Notes: a model not told the origin generated them from the sequence alone. A DNA stretch of 60,544 bases from Methanobacteriota archaeon (GCA_023622545.1 JAMNZA010000122.1:1-60544); one strand, 5' to 3'. Shown: positions 19,047 through 29,507, numbered from the stretch's first letter. Numbers and translations: made by a program.

Positions 19047-19964
19047 TTACATTAGAAGAGCCATTACAGCTTTCTGTGCATGGTTTCTATTCTCTGCTTG
19101 ATCGAGTACTACTGAATGGGGTCCATCGACAACTTCATTGGTTATTTCTTCTCCCCTATGAGCTGGTAAGCAATGCATTACTATGCAGTCATCCTGAGCT
19201 TTTGAAACCAATTTTTCATTTACCTGGTATGGCATGAATACTTTTACTCTGTCATCATGCTCTTTGTCTTTACCCATACTTGCCCATACATCAGTGTAAA
19301 TAACATCTGCTCCTTGAACTCCTTTAGGATCATTTGTGATTTCTAGTTTAAGTCCGTCTTTAATTGCCATTTCTTCTATTTCTTTATTTGGCTCATATCC
19401 TTTTGGACAGACTACAGTCATTTCCATACCTACTTTAGCAGACCCAAACATTAAGGAGTGGCAGACATTATTTCCATCTCCTACAAATGCTAATTTTAGA
19501 CCTTTAAATTCCTGTTTCTTTTCAAGGATTGTTTCCAAATCAGCTAAACATTGACATGGGTGTAATAGGTCTGAAAGTCCGTTTATAACTGGGACTGTTG
19601 AATGCTTACATAATTCAATGATATTGTCGTGTGAGAATACTCTAGCCATTATACCATCACAGTAACGAGAAAGTACTGCTCCGGTATCACCTACTGTTTC
19701 CCCCCTACCCAACTGTAGATCCGTAGCAGACAAATATAATGCGTGGCCCCCTAATTGTTTCATTCCAACTTCAAAGGATACTCTTGTTCTTGTTGAAGGC
19801 TTCTGGAATATCATGGCAAGAGTTTTCCCATAAAGTAACTCATGTCTTTCTCCAGTTTTCTGTTTAATCTTTAAAGTCTCGGCCGTTTTCAAAATTTGCC
19901 ATATTTCTTCTTTTGTAAGATCATGTAGAGAAGCTAGATGCTTTCCTTTCATATTTACTACCAT
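19047..19964 (-). CDS. argF: Ornithine carbamoyltransferase
   Basis: 305 aa. Motifs: STRTRVSFE, HPCQCLAD, DVWASMG, HCLPAHRGEE. Confidence 0.9.
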   Translation of the reverse strand: MVVNMKGKHLASLHDLTKEEIWQILKTAETLKIKQKTGERHELLYGKTLAMIFQKPSTRTRVSFEVGMKQLGGHALYLSATDLQLGRGETVGDTGAVLSRYCDGIMARVFSHDNIIELCKHSTVPVINGLSDLLHPCQCLADLETILEKKQEFKGLKLAFVGDGNNVCHSLMFGSAKVGMEMTVVCPKGYEPNKEIEEMAIKDGLKLEITNDPKGVQGADVIYTDVWASMGKDKEHDDRVKVFMPYQVNEKLVSKAQDDCIVMHCLPAHRGEEITNEVVDGPHSVVLDQAENRNHAQKAVMALLM

Positions 19965-20056
19965 TTAGATTTCACCGAAACAAGAAAATATATGTGGCTT
20001 TTAAATCTGATGACCTTAGTGTAACAAATTTAACACCCAATGTTTTAAATAAAACA

Positions 20057-20536
20057 TTATTCAAGTATTCTAAGGTAAGAACCTCTGTCAAGAATGTTAA
20101 TTAACATTTTACCATCAAATTTACCAAGACCAATAACTTCTTCTCTTTTATTTGAAACAACTACAAATCCCTTTTTTGGGGTATTAATTAAGTTCTTAAT
20201 AAAAACATCACGCCCGTATAAAAATAAAGACGCCCCTTTATCAGATAATCTAGCTTTTTTGCTCGATGGGCTCATTATTATATTCGATTCAATTCCAAGT
20301 AAGAAATTACCTTTATGAAATTTACCTATTTGTGTTCCTAATGATATTATTTCTTCATCTAATTTTTCATTTTGAATTTTTGATAGAAGAGACTTGTTTA
20401 CTAAAAAAACTTCTTCGCCAACAAAAGTAATTTCATTGTTAGAGGGTAATTCAAAATTAGCCCCATAATTACTTAAAGTTTTTTTAATAATTTCAAGCTT
20501 TTTTTCATCTGAACTACGCATATTATTCCTACCCAT
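20057..20536 (-). CDS. NIP7-like PUA-domain protein (ribosome biogenesis factor homologue)
   Basis: 159 aa. C-terminal PUA-like KKGFVVVSNKREEVIGLGKFDGKMLINILDRGSYLR. Confidence 0.55.
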   Translation of the reverse strand: MGRNNMRSSDEKKLEIIKKTLSNYGANFELPSNNEITFVGEEVFLVNKSLLSKIQNEKLDEEIISLGTQIGKFHKGNFLLGIESNIIMSPSSKKARLSDKGASLFLYGRDVFIKNLINTPKKGFVVVSNKREEVIGLGKFDGKMLINILDRGSYLRILE

Positions 20537-20984
20537 TTAAAGTGTACGCCATTTCAATTTTAATTCTTTGGCATAATTCTAATATTTTTTCCATGTCAAA
20601 TGGTTCTCCCTCGTCTCCAATACCTGGACAAGATAGGTCAACATAAATGTATACCTCTTCCCCATCTTTTAATTTACGAGGCCCATCAGATTCAGATAAG
20701 GGCTTATAAAAAATTCCCAATGGAAACAATCTACATATTAACGGTTTGTCTTTGTGTATAGAACAATTAATATCATCTAAAAACACACATCCGTTATCCC
20801 AAATCCTTTTTTCAATTGCAAATGTTTTTCTTGAAATATCATATATAGCAAAATCTTTATCCGCAATAGTTTCGATTCTTTCAATGTCAAAAAGAGTAAG
20901 TGGAACACCTCTTACTTTACAACATTCGCCACATTGTTTACATTTGTATTTCTGACCTGTATATAGAACTAATTTCTCCTTCAT
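20529..20984 (-). CDS. YkgJ/UPF0153-family Cys-cluster (Zn/Fe-binding) protein
   Basis: 151 aa. CKQCGECCK near the N-terminus, plus CVFL....C.IH..KP..CR.FP. Confidence 0.65.
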   Translation of the reverse strand: MKEKLVLYTGQKYKCKQCGECCKVRGVPLTLFDIERIETIADKDFAIYDISRKTFAIEKRIWDNGCVFLDDINCSIHKDKPLICRLFPLGIFYKPLSESDGPRKLKDGEEVYIYVDLSCPGIGDEGEPFDMEKILELCQRIKIEMAYTLNG

Positions 20985-21054
20985 TATACCCTCAATTTCC
21001 TATGGAGTTTTAAATATAACTATATAGTGTATGAATATTTATTATAAAAAATAT

Positions 21055-21942
21055 TTAAGAATTAAGTAATTTAACTACTGCGTTTCTTGTTTTTTCTCTA
21101 TCAGAACCCGCAACTATAATTACATCGCGACCTGGATACAATCCATTAGGAATGTACTCGATCTCCCCTTCCGAGTTATACCAATCCACTTTTGATTTAC
21201 CACTTTGTACTAGATTAGCAACAAGTCTATTTGCTACAGGGCCACCGACTAAGATTATATTATTATTTTTTGCAGTAGTTTCCAAAAGAATCTGGTCATT
21301 TGTTAATAGTTTCTCTGGTTCCCATATGTTTATTTTTACTTCTTGAAATGCCCCAGGTTGTTTCTTATTGAATACTATGTTAAATTTAATATTTCCTCCA
21401 GATTGATAAAGGCCTAGTAAGGTAGGGGTATTATCCAATAGATTAAGAGAATAATCTTGAGAGAGTATTATATTCCTATTATTTTCAGGAGATACAACAT
21501 TAATAGGATTTTGATTATTGTTTACAAATATTTTGAGATTGTTTACGTCTGTTGTAATAAATCTAAGGTTAATCTTCTCAATTGATTGTCCATAACTAAA
21601 GCTTCCAGAGTTTCCTTTATTGTCGGTCCAAGTCAAAATCATAGTAGATGGATCGATTGTAATTAATTGATCATTAGAAGCTTCAAACGTTTTTGTTCCA
21701 CTGATAGTAACATAAACAAAATCCTCGTAGTAAGCTTCACTTTGTATCTTAGTAATTATCATGTTTCCAGATATTAAATCCATAGAAGCTGCGTTTTTCC
21801 CTACGACAATAATAGAGTGTGGTTGGCCATTGGTAAGATCAACAAAAAATGAACGTGGCACTTCCGTTGAGGATATAGGAGATAAAGCTGTAAAATGTAT
21901 TAGTATAACTAATAAAATAATCAAAGTAGTTTTATTTTTCAT
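21055..21942 (-). CDS. Secreted protein with S-layer-like C-terminal motif
   Basis: 295 aa. Signal peptide MKNKTTLIILLVILIHFTALSPISS. NNIILVGGPVANRLVANL resembles the ilVGGP.vN.l motif of methanococcal-type S-layer/surface proteins. No C-terminal anchor. Confidence 0.4.
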   Translation of the reverse strand: MKNKTTLIILLVILIHFTALSPISSTEVPRSFFVDLTNGQPHSIIVVGKNAASMDLISGNMIITKIQSEAYYEDFVYVTISGTKTFEASNDQLITIDPSTMILTWTDNKGNSGSFSYGQSIEKINLRFITTDVNNLKIFVNNNQNPINVVSPENNRNIILSQDYSLNLLDNTPTLLGLYQSGGNIKFNIVFNKKQPGAFQEVKINIWEPEKLLTNDQILLETTAKNNNIILVGGPVANRLVANLVQSGKSKVDWYNSEGEIEYIPNGLYPGRDVIIVAGSDREKTRNAVVKLLNS

Positions 21943-22043
21943 GAATATCCTATCTTTATCTAACTTTTATATTTTACTATAATATTGATATAATTGAATA
22001 AAATATAAAATTCATTCATGTTTTTAATGTTTAGATAATGACA

Positions 22044-23504
22044 CTAGTAATAATATTTTAATTCATCATATGCTTCATTAATTTCTTTTAGAATTTTTTC
22101 TTTAATCATCTTCTGTTTTTCATCTTGAGTTGTATCTGGGTGGTAATACTTTGATAGTTCTTTCCATCTGCGTTTTATTTCTTCTGCAGTTGTGTCTGTA
22201 TCTAACCTTAAAGTTTTTAGGTAAGAAATAAAATTAATCGATTCTTCATCTAGGTAATAGGGAATTTCAAGCGGATATATTGTTTTTGTTTCGAATACTT
22301 CTCCATTATTATAGTTACATAATGACTTGATTTCAAAAATACCTAGATTTTTAGGTTTAATTGGTATTTTATATGATTTATATTCCATTGGTTTAAGCAA
22401 TTCAATTTTTTCTTCTATTTTTTGCATATTTAGATCTTTATTTTTTTCTATTAGAACGGAGATATCGTGAGCTTCTGTGTCCCCATTATTAATCAGATAT
22501 ACTTCGATTTCAGATTCTTTTTTCTTTTCTATCAAATCCAGAATATAAAAAATATATTTTAAACTTGGCCGCCCTATATTTTCTTCAATTTTATTTTTCA
22601 AAGAATTTAGGCTTTCATTTAAACTATTAATTCTCGTAAGGAGTTCTTTAATGTAGAAACTAGAAGAAGATATAGATCTTTTACCATAATTATCTAAAAA
22701 TGAAGAGTAATCCTCGTCTATTAAAAGAAGATCTTGAAACAGACCATCAAATATATCTTTATAGAAACTATAACTCTTACCTGAGTTCTTTTTAGATTTT
22801 AATATTTGATCAATCTTTTCATATCCCTCTAAAGCAGAAACGACAAGTTCTTTTAGATTCTTAATATTATCCTCAACTTTTCTTCTTTCTGTGTAGAGTT
22901 TCCTAGAACTTTCTAAACATCTAGATGATTCACCTTCCATCCCAATCATCTTTAATGCAAATGAAATATTTTCAAGTGAAGGGATGCTCTCAGGATTCTC
23001 TCCTAAACAAATTCGGAATAAGTTTATAGAGTTTTCAATTTGTTTTTTTCCATTCTCAAGCATTAAGTAAGCTCTCGTATAAGTATAATCAAATTCTCCC
23101 CAATCTTTAAGAATTGAAATTGCTTCATCGAGTCTATCCATTTTTTGGAGTGCAATTGCCAGATTAATTATCGCATTCTTATTATTTTTTTCTTCTTTCA
23201 AGACTTTATTAAAACAATCAATGGCTTCTGAATATCTCCCAATATTTGAAAGCGATATGCCCTTATTATAGAGAGTCTTAACATCTTCTTGTTTTTGTAG
23301 AGCCATGTCGTAGAATCTCAATGCTTCTTCATGTCTACCTAATTTGTCAAAAGATATGCCTATATTTGTTATAACATCTACATTATCGGAATCAATTGAA
23401 CGAGCTTTCTCAAAACTTTCAAGTGCTTCTTTGTGCTTACCCATTCTATCCAGAATTATGCCTTTTGAATTCCAATAAGGTGCGGATTCAATTAGGTTTG
23501 ACAC
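22044..23504 (-). CDS. TPR-repeat / coiled-coil / CARDB-like beta-sandwich / C-terminal J-domain protein
   Basis: 486 aa with a GTG start. About five TPR units (KGIILDRMGKHKEALESFEKA...). NNGDTEAHDISV beta-sandwich-like segment. Terminal J domain AEEIKRRWKELSKYYHPDT...INEAYDEL carrying the HPD motif. Confidence 0.7.
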   Translation of the reverse strand: MSNLIESAPYWNSKGIILDRMGKHKEALESFEKARSIDSDNVDVITNIGISFDKLGRHEEALRFYDMALQKQEDVKTLYNKGISLSNIGRYSEAIDCFNKVLKEEKNNKNAIINLAIALQKMDRLDEAISILKDWGEFDYTYTRAYLMLENGKKQIENSINLFRICLGENPESIPSLENISFALKMIGMEGESSRCLESSRKLYTERRKVEDNIKNLKELVVSALEGYEKIDQILKSKKNSGKSYSFYKDIFDGLFQDLLLIDEDYSSFLDNYGKRSISSSSFYIKELLTRINSLNESLNSLKNKIEENIGRPSLKYIFYILDLIEKKKESEIEVYLINNGDTEAHDISVLIEKNKDLNMQKIEEKIELLKPMEYKSYKIPIKPKNLGIFEIKSLCNYNNGEVFETKTIYPLEIPYYLDEESINFISYLKTLRLDTDTTAEEIKRRWKELSKYYHPDTTQDEKQKMIKEKILKEINEAYDELKYYY

Positions 23505-23554
23505 ATTCTAAGGGAAAAATATACATTTAAAAGAGTTTTTATATATTTATAATT

Positions 23555-24184
23555 ATGTACGAGCAGAAAGATGGTTATTATAGAATGGCCAAAAAAGAAG
23601 GTTACAAATCTAGAGCATCTTACAAATTAATTCAACTTAATAAAAAATTCAATATTATAAAAAAAGGGTATAGTGTTCTTGATTTAGGTGCTGCTCCGGG
23701 TGGTTGGGTCCAAATAGCATCGAAATTGGTGGGAGAGGATGGCCTAGTTGTAGGTGTCGATTTAAAATTGGTCAAAGAAAAGTATGATAATTCCTATTTT
23801 ATTCAGGGGGATGTATTTGAAAATTCTACAGTGGAGAATATAAAAGAGATCAAAGAAACATTTGATACAATAATATCTGATCTTGCGCCTAATACATCAG
23901 GAATCAGATCTCTTGACCACCAGAGGTCAATAGACCTATGTTACAGAGCCTTAGAGTTATCCTCAAAATTTTTAGAATATAAAGGAAATCTCTTGATAAA
24001 AGTTTTTCAGGGTGAAGACATAAAAAAACTAGTTGACGATATAAAAAATGAATTCTATTATGTAAAAATATCAAAGCCTGAGTCTTCTAGGTCCTCAAGC
24101 CGCGAAACATATATCATATGTAAAGGATATAAAAAGAGAAAATTAAAAATAGAAGATACAGAATTATCCGAAGAGAGCGCCTAG
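23555..24184 (+). CDS. rlmE: 23S rRNA U2552-type ribose 2'-O-methyltransferase (RlmE/FtsJ)
   Basis: 209 aa. Motifs: [27 protein letters not shown], and a K-D-K-E type catalytic layout. Confidence 0.85.
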   Translation: MYEQKDGYYRMAKKEGYKSRASYKLIQLNKKFNIIKKGYSVLDLGAAPGGWVQIASKLVGEDGLVVGVDLKLVKEKYDNSYFIQGDVFENSTVENIKEIKETFDTIISDLAPNTSGIRSLDHQRSIDLCYRALELSSKFLEYKGNLLIKVFQGEDIKKLVDDIKNEFYYVKISKPESSRSSSRETYIICKGYKKRKLKIEDTELSEESA

Positions 24185-24478
24185 GCCTTCAAGTGCTGAT
24201 TCGTCTGGTTCTTCTTTCTTTTCTTCTTTCTTTGACTCAGAATGTTTCTGTTCTGATGCGGCTGCTGGTGCAGCTACAGGTGCTTGTGCAACTGGCATTG
24301 AAGCAGAGCTTATTGCTTCCTCGATATCAACACCTTCGAGTGAAGATACAAGAGCTTTAATTCTGGCTTCATCAAATTCTACTCCGGCCGCTTTTAAAAC
24401 ATTCTTTAAATTCGCTTCATTTATTTCCTTCTTCGCTTCGTGAAGGATCATCGCAGCATATACATATTCCATAATCAC
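24164..24478 (-). CDS. rpl12: Ribosomal stalk protein P1 (L12e)
   Basis: 104 aa. [11 protein letters not shown] start, Ala/Pro hinge, acidic tail ending EGLGALFG. Confidence 0.95.
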   Translation of the reverse strand: MIMEYVYAAMILHEAKKEINEANLKNVLKAAGVEFDEARIKALVSSLEGVDIEEAISSASMPVAQAPVAAPAAASEQKHSESKKEEKKEEPDESALEGLGALFG

Positions 24479-24490
24479 ACCTCCGTTAAA

Positions 24491-25504
24491 TTAACCAAAT
24501 AGGGCTCCAAGACCTTCCAATCCGGCGGCCCCATCTTCATCTTTATTTTCTTTCTTTTCTTGAGCTTTATTTTCGGCTACTTTAGTTTCAGCAGGCGCTG
24601 CTGCTGAAGAAGATACTGAGAGCCTACTTCTAAGATCATCATCTAATGCAGAACTATCCAACAATCTAGACAGACTAAGTGCTTGAACAACGCTCTTTGA
24701 CATTATTGGAGCTATTGTTTCCGGAGAAACTATATTTGCACCAATTGCTAAAGATTTAGATTTAAGAGCGGCTTGTTGTATTAACAATTTTACACTGTGC
24801 TTTGTGAATATTCTTCTTTCGAACGACAATGCTAAGACATTAGAAAATGCCTTTATTATGTTGTTTCTTGTATGTTCTTCATCTATTCCTAAAACATCGC
24901 TATTGAATATTAGTCCATCTTCATAAGCAGCTGCCAAATTTGCGCCAACTTCCATTGGTTCAATTTTAAGTTGAGACAATATACCGCTAATCTTACTTGA
25001 GATTACTTCTCCTTTTTTTACAATGACTGCATCTCTTTCAATGGAAATAGAACCTTTATCAATTTTGGCTGGGATTCCAAGACCTTGAAGCTCACTCACC
25101 AATGGTCCTGGTGGTAATCCTGTGCTACCTTGTGTTATTATTATATCGTCTTTTGCAACATCCCCGGGTTTAGCTAGTGCTGGGGATTTAGATTTCTGCA
25201 AAAGTTTGTAAATTCTAAAAGGATTTTCATTAGAAAAAATGAAGGCTGCTCCAGCGTTTATATGATCTTTCAATTGTTCCTTTTCTGTCTTCTCAAGAGC
25301 TATCTTCATCAATTTATTTTTAGACATCCTAAAAGTGACTTTGCCTCTAAGTTCTTCTCTTATGCTTTGTAGTTGCTTAGCAGGTATACTTCCAAGGTCT
25401 ACAATTCCTACTACAGATGAATTGTTAATCATGTCCCTAAGAGAATCTACTTCTTCAGTTTTCCATTCAGCTAAGTCCCCTTTGACTGCTAGTCTTCCCT
25501 TCAT
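24491..25504 (-). CDS. rplP0: Ribosomal protein uL10 (P0)
   Basis: 337 aa. The C-terminus [10 protein letters not shown] is shared with P1. Lies between L1 and P1. Confidence 0.95.
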   Translation of the reverse strand: MKGRLAVKGDLAEWKTEEVDSLRDMINNSSVVGIVDLGSIPAKQLQSIREELRGKVTFRMSKNKLMKIALEKTEKEQLKDHINAGAAFIFSNENPFRIYKLLQKSKSPALAKPGDVAKDDIIITQGSTGLPPGPLVSELQGLGIPAKIDKGSISIERDAVIVKKGEVISSKISGILSQLKIEPMEVGANLAAAYEDGLIFNSDVLGIDEEHTRNNIIKAFSNVLALSFERRIFTKHSVKLLIQQAALKSKSLAIGANIVSPETIAPIMSKSVVQALSLSRLLDSSALDDDLRSRLSVSSSAAAPAETKVAENKAQEKKENKDEDGAAGLEGLGALFG

Positions 25505-26145
25505 TTAAAATCCTCCAGTTTTACTGCAGGTCCCATTGAGGTCTTAATGTAAACGGATTTAATATTATCAAATCCTTTTTCAAACTTCTTCTCAAAAAAT
25601 TTAATTATTTCTGATATGTTCTCTGCAAGTTTTTCATCGTCCATTTTTTCAGAGCCAACTAAAGTATGGATAACTGGTTGGTTGTAGCTCTTAATTTTGA
25701 CAGTTTTCTTCAATTTATTTAATATAGGATCGAGCGAAGCAGTAGGCGGTAATGGTGCTGGTGTTTTACCTCTTGGTGCAAAAATAGGACCTAAGGATTT
25801 ACCAACTAAAGCCATGTAGTCTGTTTGCGCTATGAAAAAATCGTGGCTATTTGCAACTTTTTTTGCAAGCTTTTTATCCTTTGCAAGTTTACCAATGTCT
25901 TCCTCATCAAAGACGGAGAGATTTTCCTTTTTTGCTCTTAAGGCCATATCACCTGAAGCAAAGATACCTATTTTAACATCCTTACCTCTCCCATTTGGTA
26001 AAACAAAGTCTTCCTTTACTCTGTTTTCTGTTTTTTTCATGTCAAGTCCCTGAAGATTAATACACATCTCCATTGACTGTGTGAAGTTTCTCGGCTTTGA
26101 ACTTTCCTTCGCCTTCTTCACCGCTCGCAATACGGCGTCTTTCAA
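25501..26145 (-). CDS. rpl1: Ribosomal protein uL1
   Basis: 214 aa. PRNFTQSMEMCINL motif. Position in the conserved cluster. Confidence 0.9.
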   Translation of the reverse strand: MKDAVLRAVKKAKESSKPRNFTQSMEMCINLQGLDMKKTENRVKEDFVLPNGRGKDVKIGIFASGDMALRAKKENLSVFDEEDIGKLAKDKKLAKKVANSHDFFIAQTDYMALVGKSLGPIFAPRGKTPAPLPPTASLDPILNKLKKTVKIKSYNQPVIHTLVGSEKMDDEKLAENISEIIKFFEKKFEKGFDNIKSVYIKTSMGPAVKLEDFK

Positions 26146-26157
26146 TTATACTCCTCC

Positions 26158-26637
26158 TTATTTGATTATATTATCGTATTTTCCTTCATTTATCTCTTTT
26201 TGAATTATTTTAGGATCCTTACCTTCACAAGTAACACCCATAGAAACGCAAGTACCTAATACTTCTTTTACTACGCCAATAACGTTTGGAGATAAAGAGG
26301 AAGGTTCTTTCATTTTAGCTATTTTTACAATATTTTCTAAACTAATATCTCCAACTTTACTTGAAGATGGAGTTGATGAACCTTTTTCTAAGTTAAGTTC
26401 TTTTAGGACTAATGCGGATGCGGGGGGAACCCCAACTTCGACTCTGAAATTCTTTTTTTCGTCAACAATTATTTTAACTGGAACTTTCATTCCTAGAAAG
26501 GCTTTTGTTTTTTCATTAATTTCAGCGACAACTTTTCCTACATTAATACCAAGAGGTCCTAAAGCAGGCCCTAAAGGTGGACCAGCTGTGGCCTTCCCTC
26601 CATCAACAAGTGAGTCAACAGATCTTTCTTTTGCCAT
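26158..26637 (-). CDS. rpl11: Ribosomal protein uL11
   Basis: 159 aa. GGKATAGPPLGPALGPLGINVGKVV motif. Confidence 0.95.
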   Translation of the reverse strand: MAKERSVDSLVDGGKATAGPPLGPALGPLGINVGKVVAEINEKTKAFLGMKVPVKIIVDEKKNFRVEVGVPPASALVLKELNLEKGSSTPSSSKVGDISLENIVKIAKMKEPSSLSPNVIGVVKEVLGTCVSMGVTCEGKDPKIIQKEINEGKYDNIIK

Positions 26638-26647
26638 TATATCACCA

Positions 26648-27106
26648 TTAGCTCTTTTTCTCTATAATTCTAACATAATCTCCTTTCACAGTAACAGGTA
26701 TTGGAACCATTGCTTCAAGAAGCTCAACTGTAAGCTCCTCTTTACCTTTATCAACTCTAATAATTTTGGCCTTTTCGCCTTTGAAGGGACCTGCTATAAG
26801 TTCAACTATATCGCCCTTTGTAAGGCCAGTGACAGATGGCTTAGCCTCTAGAAAGTGACTAATTTCATCAAAGCTGATCTTACCTTCAAGAATCCCTCTT
26901 ACATTTCGAAGACCTTGAATGGCTTCTTCGACAGCCCCTTTATCACTCGCCTCAATGAAAACATACCCTTTTAAGGTTTCTGGTGCTAGAACTGAGTAAA
27001 TTTTAAGGTTATTAGTCTTTACTTTTCCCTCTATCATCTTTGCTACATTCTGTTCCTGATTAACAGCTACCTTTAATGCAAAGATTGGATTCTCGTCGTC
27101 GTCCAT
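26648..27106 (-). CDS. nusG: Transcription elongation factor Spt5/NusG
   Basis: 152 aa. NGN domain (IFALKVAVNQEQNV, GYVFIEA) plus KOW (GDIVELIAGPFKGEKAKI). Confidence 0.9.
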   Translation of the reverse strand: MDDDENPIFALKVAVNQEQNVAKMIEGKVKTNNLKIYSVLAPETLKGYVFIEASDKGAVEEAIQGLRNVRGILEGKISFDEISHFLEAKPSVTGLTKGDIVELIAGPFKGEKAKIIRVDKGKEELTVELLEAMVPIPVTVKGDYVRIIEKKS

Positions 27107-27179
27107 TAAATTCTCTCCCGCAATAACAACAAAATCAAAGGTACTTAAAGATTTAAAAAGTTTAGCTTTGAAGAAGTAA

Positions 27180-27383
27180 TTAGGATCCGTAATTTTGGAT
27201 TACAACTGAAACAAATTTTAATAAGTATCCAATAACTCCAATTAAAATTATTCCAATTCCAGTTACTTTAGAGGTAAGTGAATACTCTTTCCTGCTAGGT
27301 TTTTTAGCAAGCTTGAGTACTCTCGTGTACTCAGAAATCCAACTTCTTGCGCTCTCTTTTCTCTTTAGATTGGCCTCTGTCAT
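27180..27383 (-). CDS. secE: Preprotein translocase subunit SecE
   Basis: 67 aa. YTRVLKLAKKPSRKEY followed by a single C-terminal TM. Canonical position between ftsZ and nusG. Confidence 0.85.
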   Translation of the reverse strand: MTEANLKRKESARSWISEYTRVLKLAKKPSRKEYSLTSKVTGIGIILIGVIGYLLKFVSVVIQNYGS

Positions 27384-27407
27384 GACTGTATTTATTGAGA
27401 ATCCTTT

Positions 27408-28529
27408 TTAAATGTATTCTATTCCTAGATCAATCCCTCTAACAGGTGCTTCGCTCTCTATTAACATCTCAGTTTCTTTTCTTCCAAATATGTAAGGAGA
27501 TTTTACACCTGATAAGACTACCATCACTCTTAGTCCATTCTTTATTTCTTCGTTAATCATTGCACCCCAAATGATTTGGGCATCTGGTTCAAGCTCATTT
27601 GTAACATGTTCTACTATCTTCTCTGCTTCTTCTAATTTCATGTTTGAGCTTCCTGTGATGTTAATTAATGCTCCTTTTGCTCCAGTAACATCAACATCTA
27701 TTAATGGGCTGCTTAGAGCTTCAGTTATTGCTTCTTTTGCTCTGTTCTCTGTATCGGATTCGCCCATTCCAATCATTGCTACGTCTCCTTCTCTCATGAC
27801 AGATCTAACATCAGCAAAGTCAACATTTACCAAGCCAGGTTTTGTAATTAATTCAGCTATTCCTCCAACGGCTCTAATCAAAATATCATCAGAAACTTTA
27901 AAGGCCGCATTTATGGGTAAACCTGGTGCTATATCTAATAACTTATCATTTGGTATAACAATGACAGTATCACTAACTTTTCTTAATTTTTCAAGACCTT
28001 TCTCTGCATTCCTTTGTCTTCTTAATCCTTCAACTGTAAAAGGCAAAGTAACGACTGCAACTGTAAGGGCACCGAGTTTTTTAGAAATTTCTGCTATTAC
28101 GGGAGCGGAGCCTGTTCCAGTTCCCCCCCCTAGTCCACATGTGACAAAAATCATATCACTGCCTTCGAGTACATCTTTAATCGTTCTCTCGTCTTCCCGA
28201 GCTGATTCTTCACCGACTTTAGGATCATTTCCAGCTCCTAATCCCCTTGTTACTTCTCTTCCAATTAAGATTTTTTTGTCTGCTCTAGTATCTAATAAAT
28301 CTTGAGCGTCAGTATTCACAGCTACTGCTTCAACTCCAATTACTCCGATTTCCATTAATCTATCAATTGCGTTGCATCCAGCTCCGCCAGAACCTATTAC
28401 TTTTATCTTTGCCCTTGATTCTCTAAGAACTCTTTCAAGTTCTTCATCTACCGAAGTATAGTGGTAATCTTTAACTATGTCTTTTTCTGTTACAGCCCTT
28501 TCAATGGCCTCTTCAATAACAGATTTCAA
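27408..28529 (-). CDS. ftsZ: Cell division GTPase FtsZ
   Basis: 373 aa. Motifs: IGSGGAGCNA, tubulin signature GLGGGTGTGSAPVIAEI, NTDAQ. Confidence 0.97.
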   Translation of the reverse strand: MKSVIEEAIERAVTEKDIVKDYHYTSVDEELERVLRESRAKIKVIGSGGAGCNAIDRLMEIGVIGVEAVAVNTDAQDLLDTRADKKILIGREVTRGLGAGNDPKVGEESAREDERTIKDVLEGSDMIFVTCGLGGGTGTGSAPVIAEISKKLGALTVAVVTLPFTVEGLRRQRNAEKGLEKLRKVSDTVIVIPNDKLLDIAPGLPINAAFKVSDDILIRAVGGIAELITKPGLVNVDFADVRSVMREGDVAMIGMGESDTENRAKEAITEALSSPLIDVDVTGAKGALINITGSSNMKLEEAEKIVEHVTNELEPDAQIIWGAMINEEIKNGLRVMVVLSGVKSPYIFGRKETEMLIESEAPVRGIDLGIEYI

Positions 28530-28667
28530 TATAACCCCTCCTTATAATAAATGTAGCTACTTATTATTGGTAACATAAAACTCCTATTTGTAATCTATAT
28601 AGATTAATAGTATATAAAGCTTTTGCTTAATATTGCTTGTCATAATGCTTCTCTTTAGTGGTAATCC

Positions 28668-29507
28668 TTATTCTTTTACAATATCACTTGTTCTTGCAAA
28701 TGACATATGTGTATTAGCGAGTTTATCTTTTAAATCTGACCGTTCTTTAATACCTTTCCAATCTAGAATAATAAGTTCAAATGGTTTACTTTTTTGAATT
28801 AGTTCTGATAACATCGAATCTGAAACAGGTGTATTGTACTTTGCTATTACGTGCCCTATCGCAATGTCAGTATTTAACATAATCTCAGTGAATTTTGGGC
28901 AATAGTGTCCTCCACCAATTCCTGCGGCAACTCTAAATGTTTTTTCATGTTCTTTGTATGAAAGTGATTTATAAAGAGCTGAAGCAATTAATTCTCCTGC
29001 TTCTTTTATACCCCAATAATTTTCATCACTCCCAATTTCAATAAATGTTGTTGGTAAACCTGTTAATGGCCCATGATGAGTTGCTTCAAGCGATACTTGA
29101 AAAGAGATTTCTAATTCTTTTGATAAATTCATAATTTCAATTAATGCTAATTTTTGAAATATAGGATTAGAAGGAGAAACACTTCCATCTTTTCCCCCAT
29201 AATCGGCCTTACCAAAATTACCTGGTGTGTGACATGTTAAAGTTGGTATTTTCGCTATTGATTTATGTCTGGTGGCAAAAATAATTGAATCAAACGTTCC
29301 TAAATTGTAATCTCTTATTTCTTCAAGCATGATATTTTCAGGAAAATCAGTATAAATTGTTTCATTTTTTATTCTTACAAGCAAAGCATCTTTATTTTTA
29401 TCATAGAATGTATCGCCTTCGAGTTTTTCAAAAGGATAGTTTTGGAGCAAATTTTCCCGTATATTCTCCCCAGCTTTATCGAGTTCTGAATTTATTATTA
29501 GTTTCAT
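28668..29507 (-). CDS. dtdA: Archaeal D-aminoacyl-tRNA deacylase (DTD2)
   Basis: 279 aa. ATRHKS...LTCHTPGNFG.A.YGGKD, EATHHGP, GIGGGHYCPKF and DWKG match my recollection of Pyrococcus DTD2. Confidence 0.8.
   Translation of the reverse strand: MKLIINSELDKAGENIRENLLQNYPFEKLEGDTFYDKNKDALLVRIKNETIYTDFPENIMLEEIRDYNLGTFDSIIFATRHKSIAKIPTLTCHTPGNFGKADYGGKDGSVSPSNPIFQKLALIEIMNLSKELEISFQVSLEATHHGPLTGLPTTFIEIGSDENYWGIKEAGELIASALYKSLSYKEHEKTFRVAAGIGGGHYCPKFTEIMLNTDIAIGHVIAKYNTPVSDSMLSELIQKSKPFELIILDWKGIKERSDLKDKLANTHMSFARTSDIVKE

Noticed and set aside
27571-28305. 244-aa ORF on the + strand
   Set aside because: It lies entirely antisense to ftsZ, whose tubulin-signature motifs are unmistakable. The product is low-complexity Ser/Pro/Thr-rich, typical of a shadow ORF opposite a higher-G+C gene.
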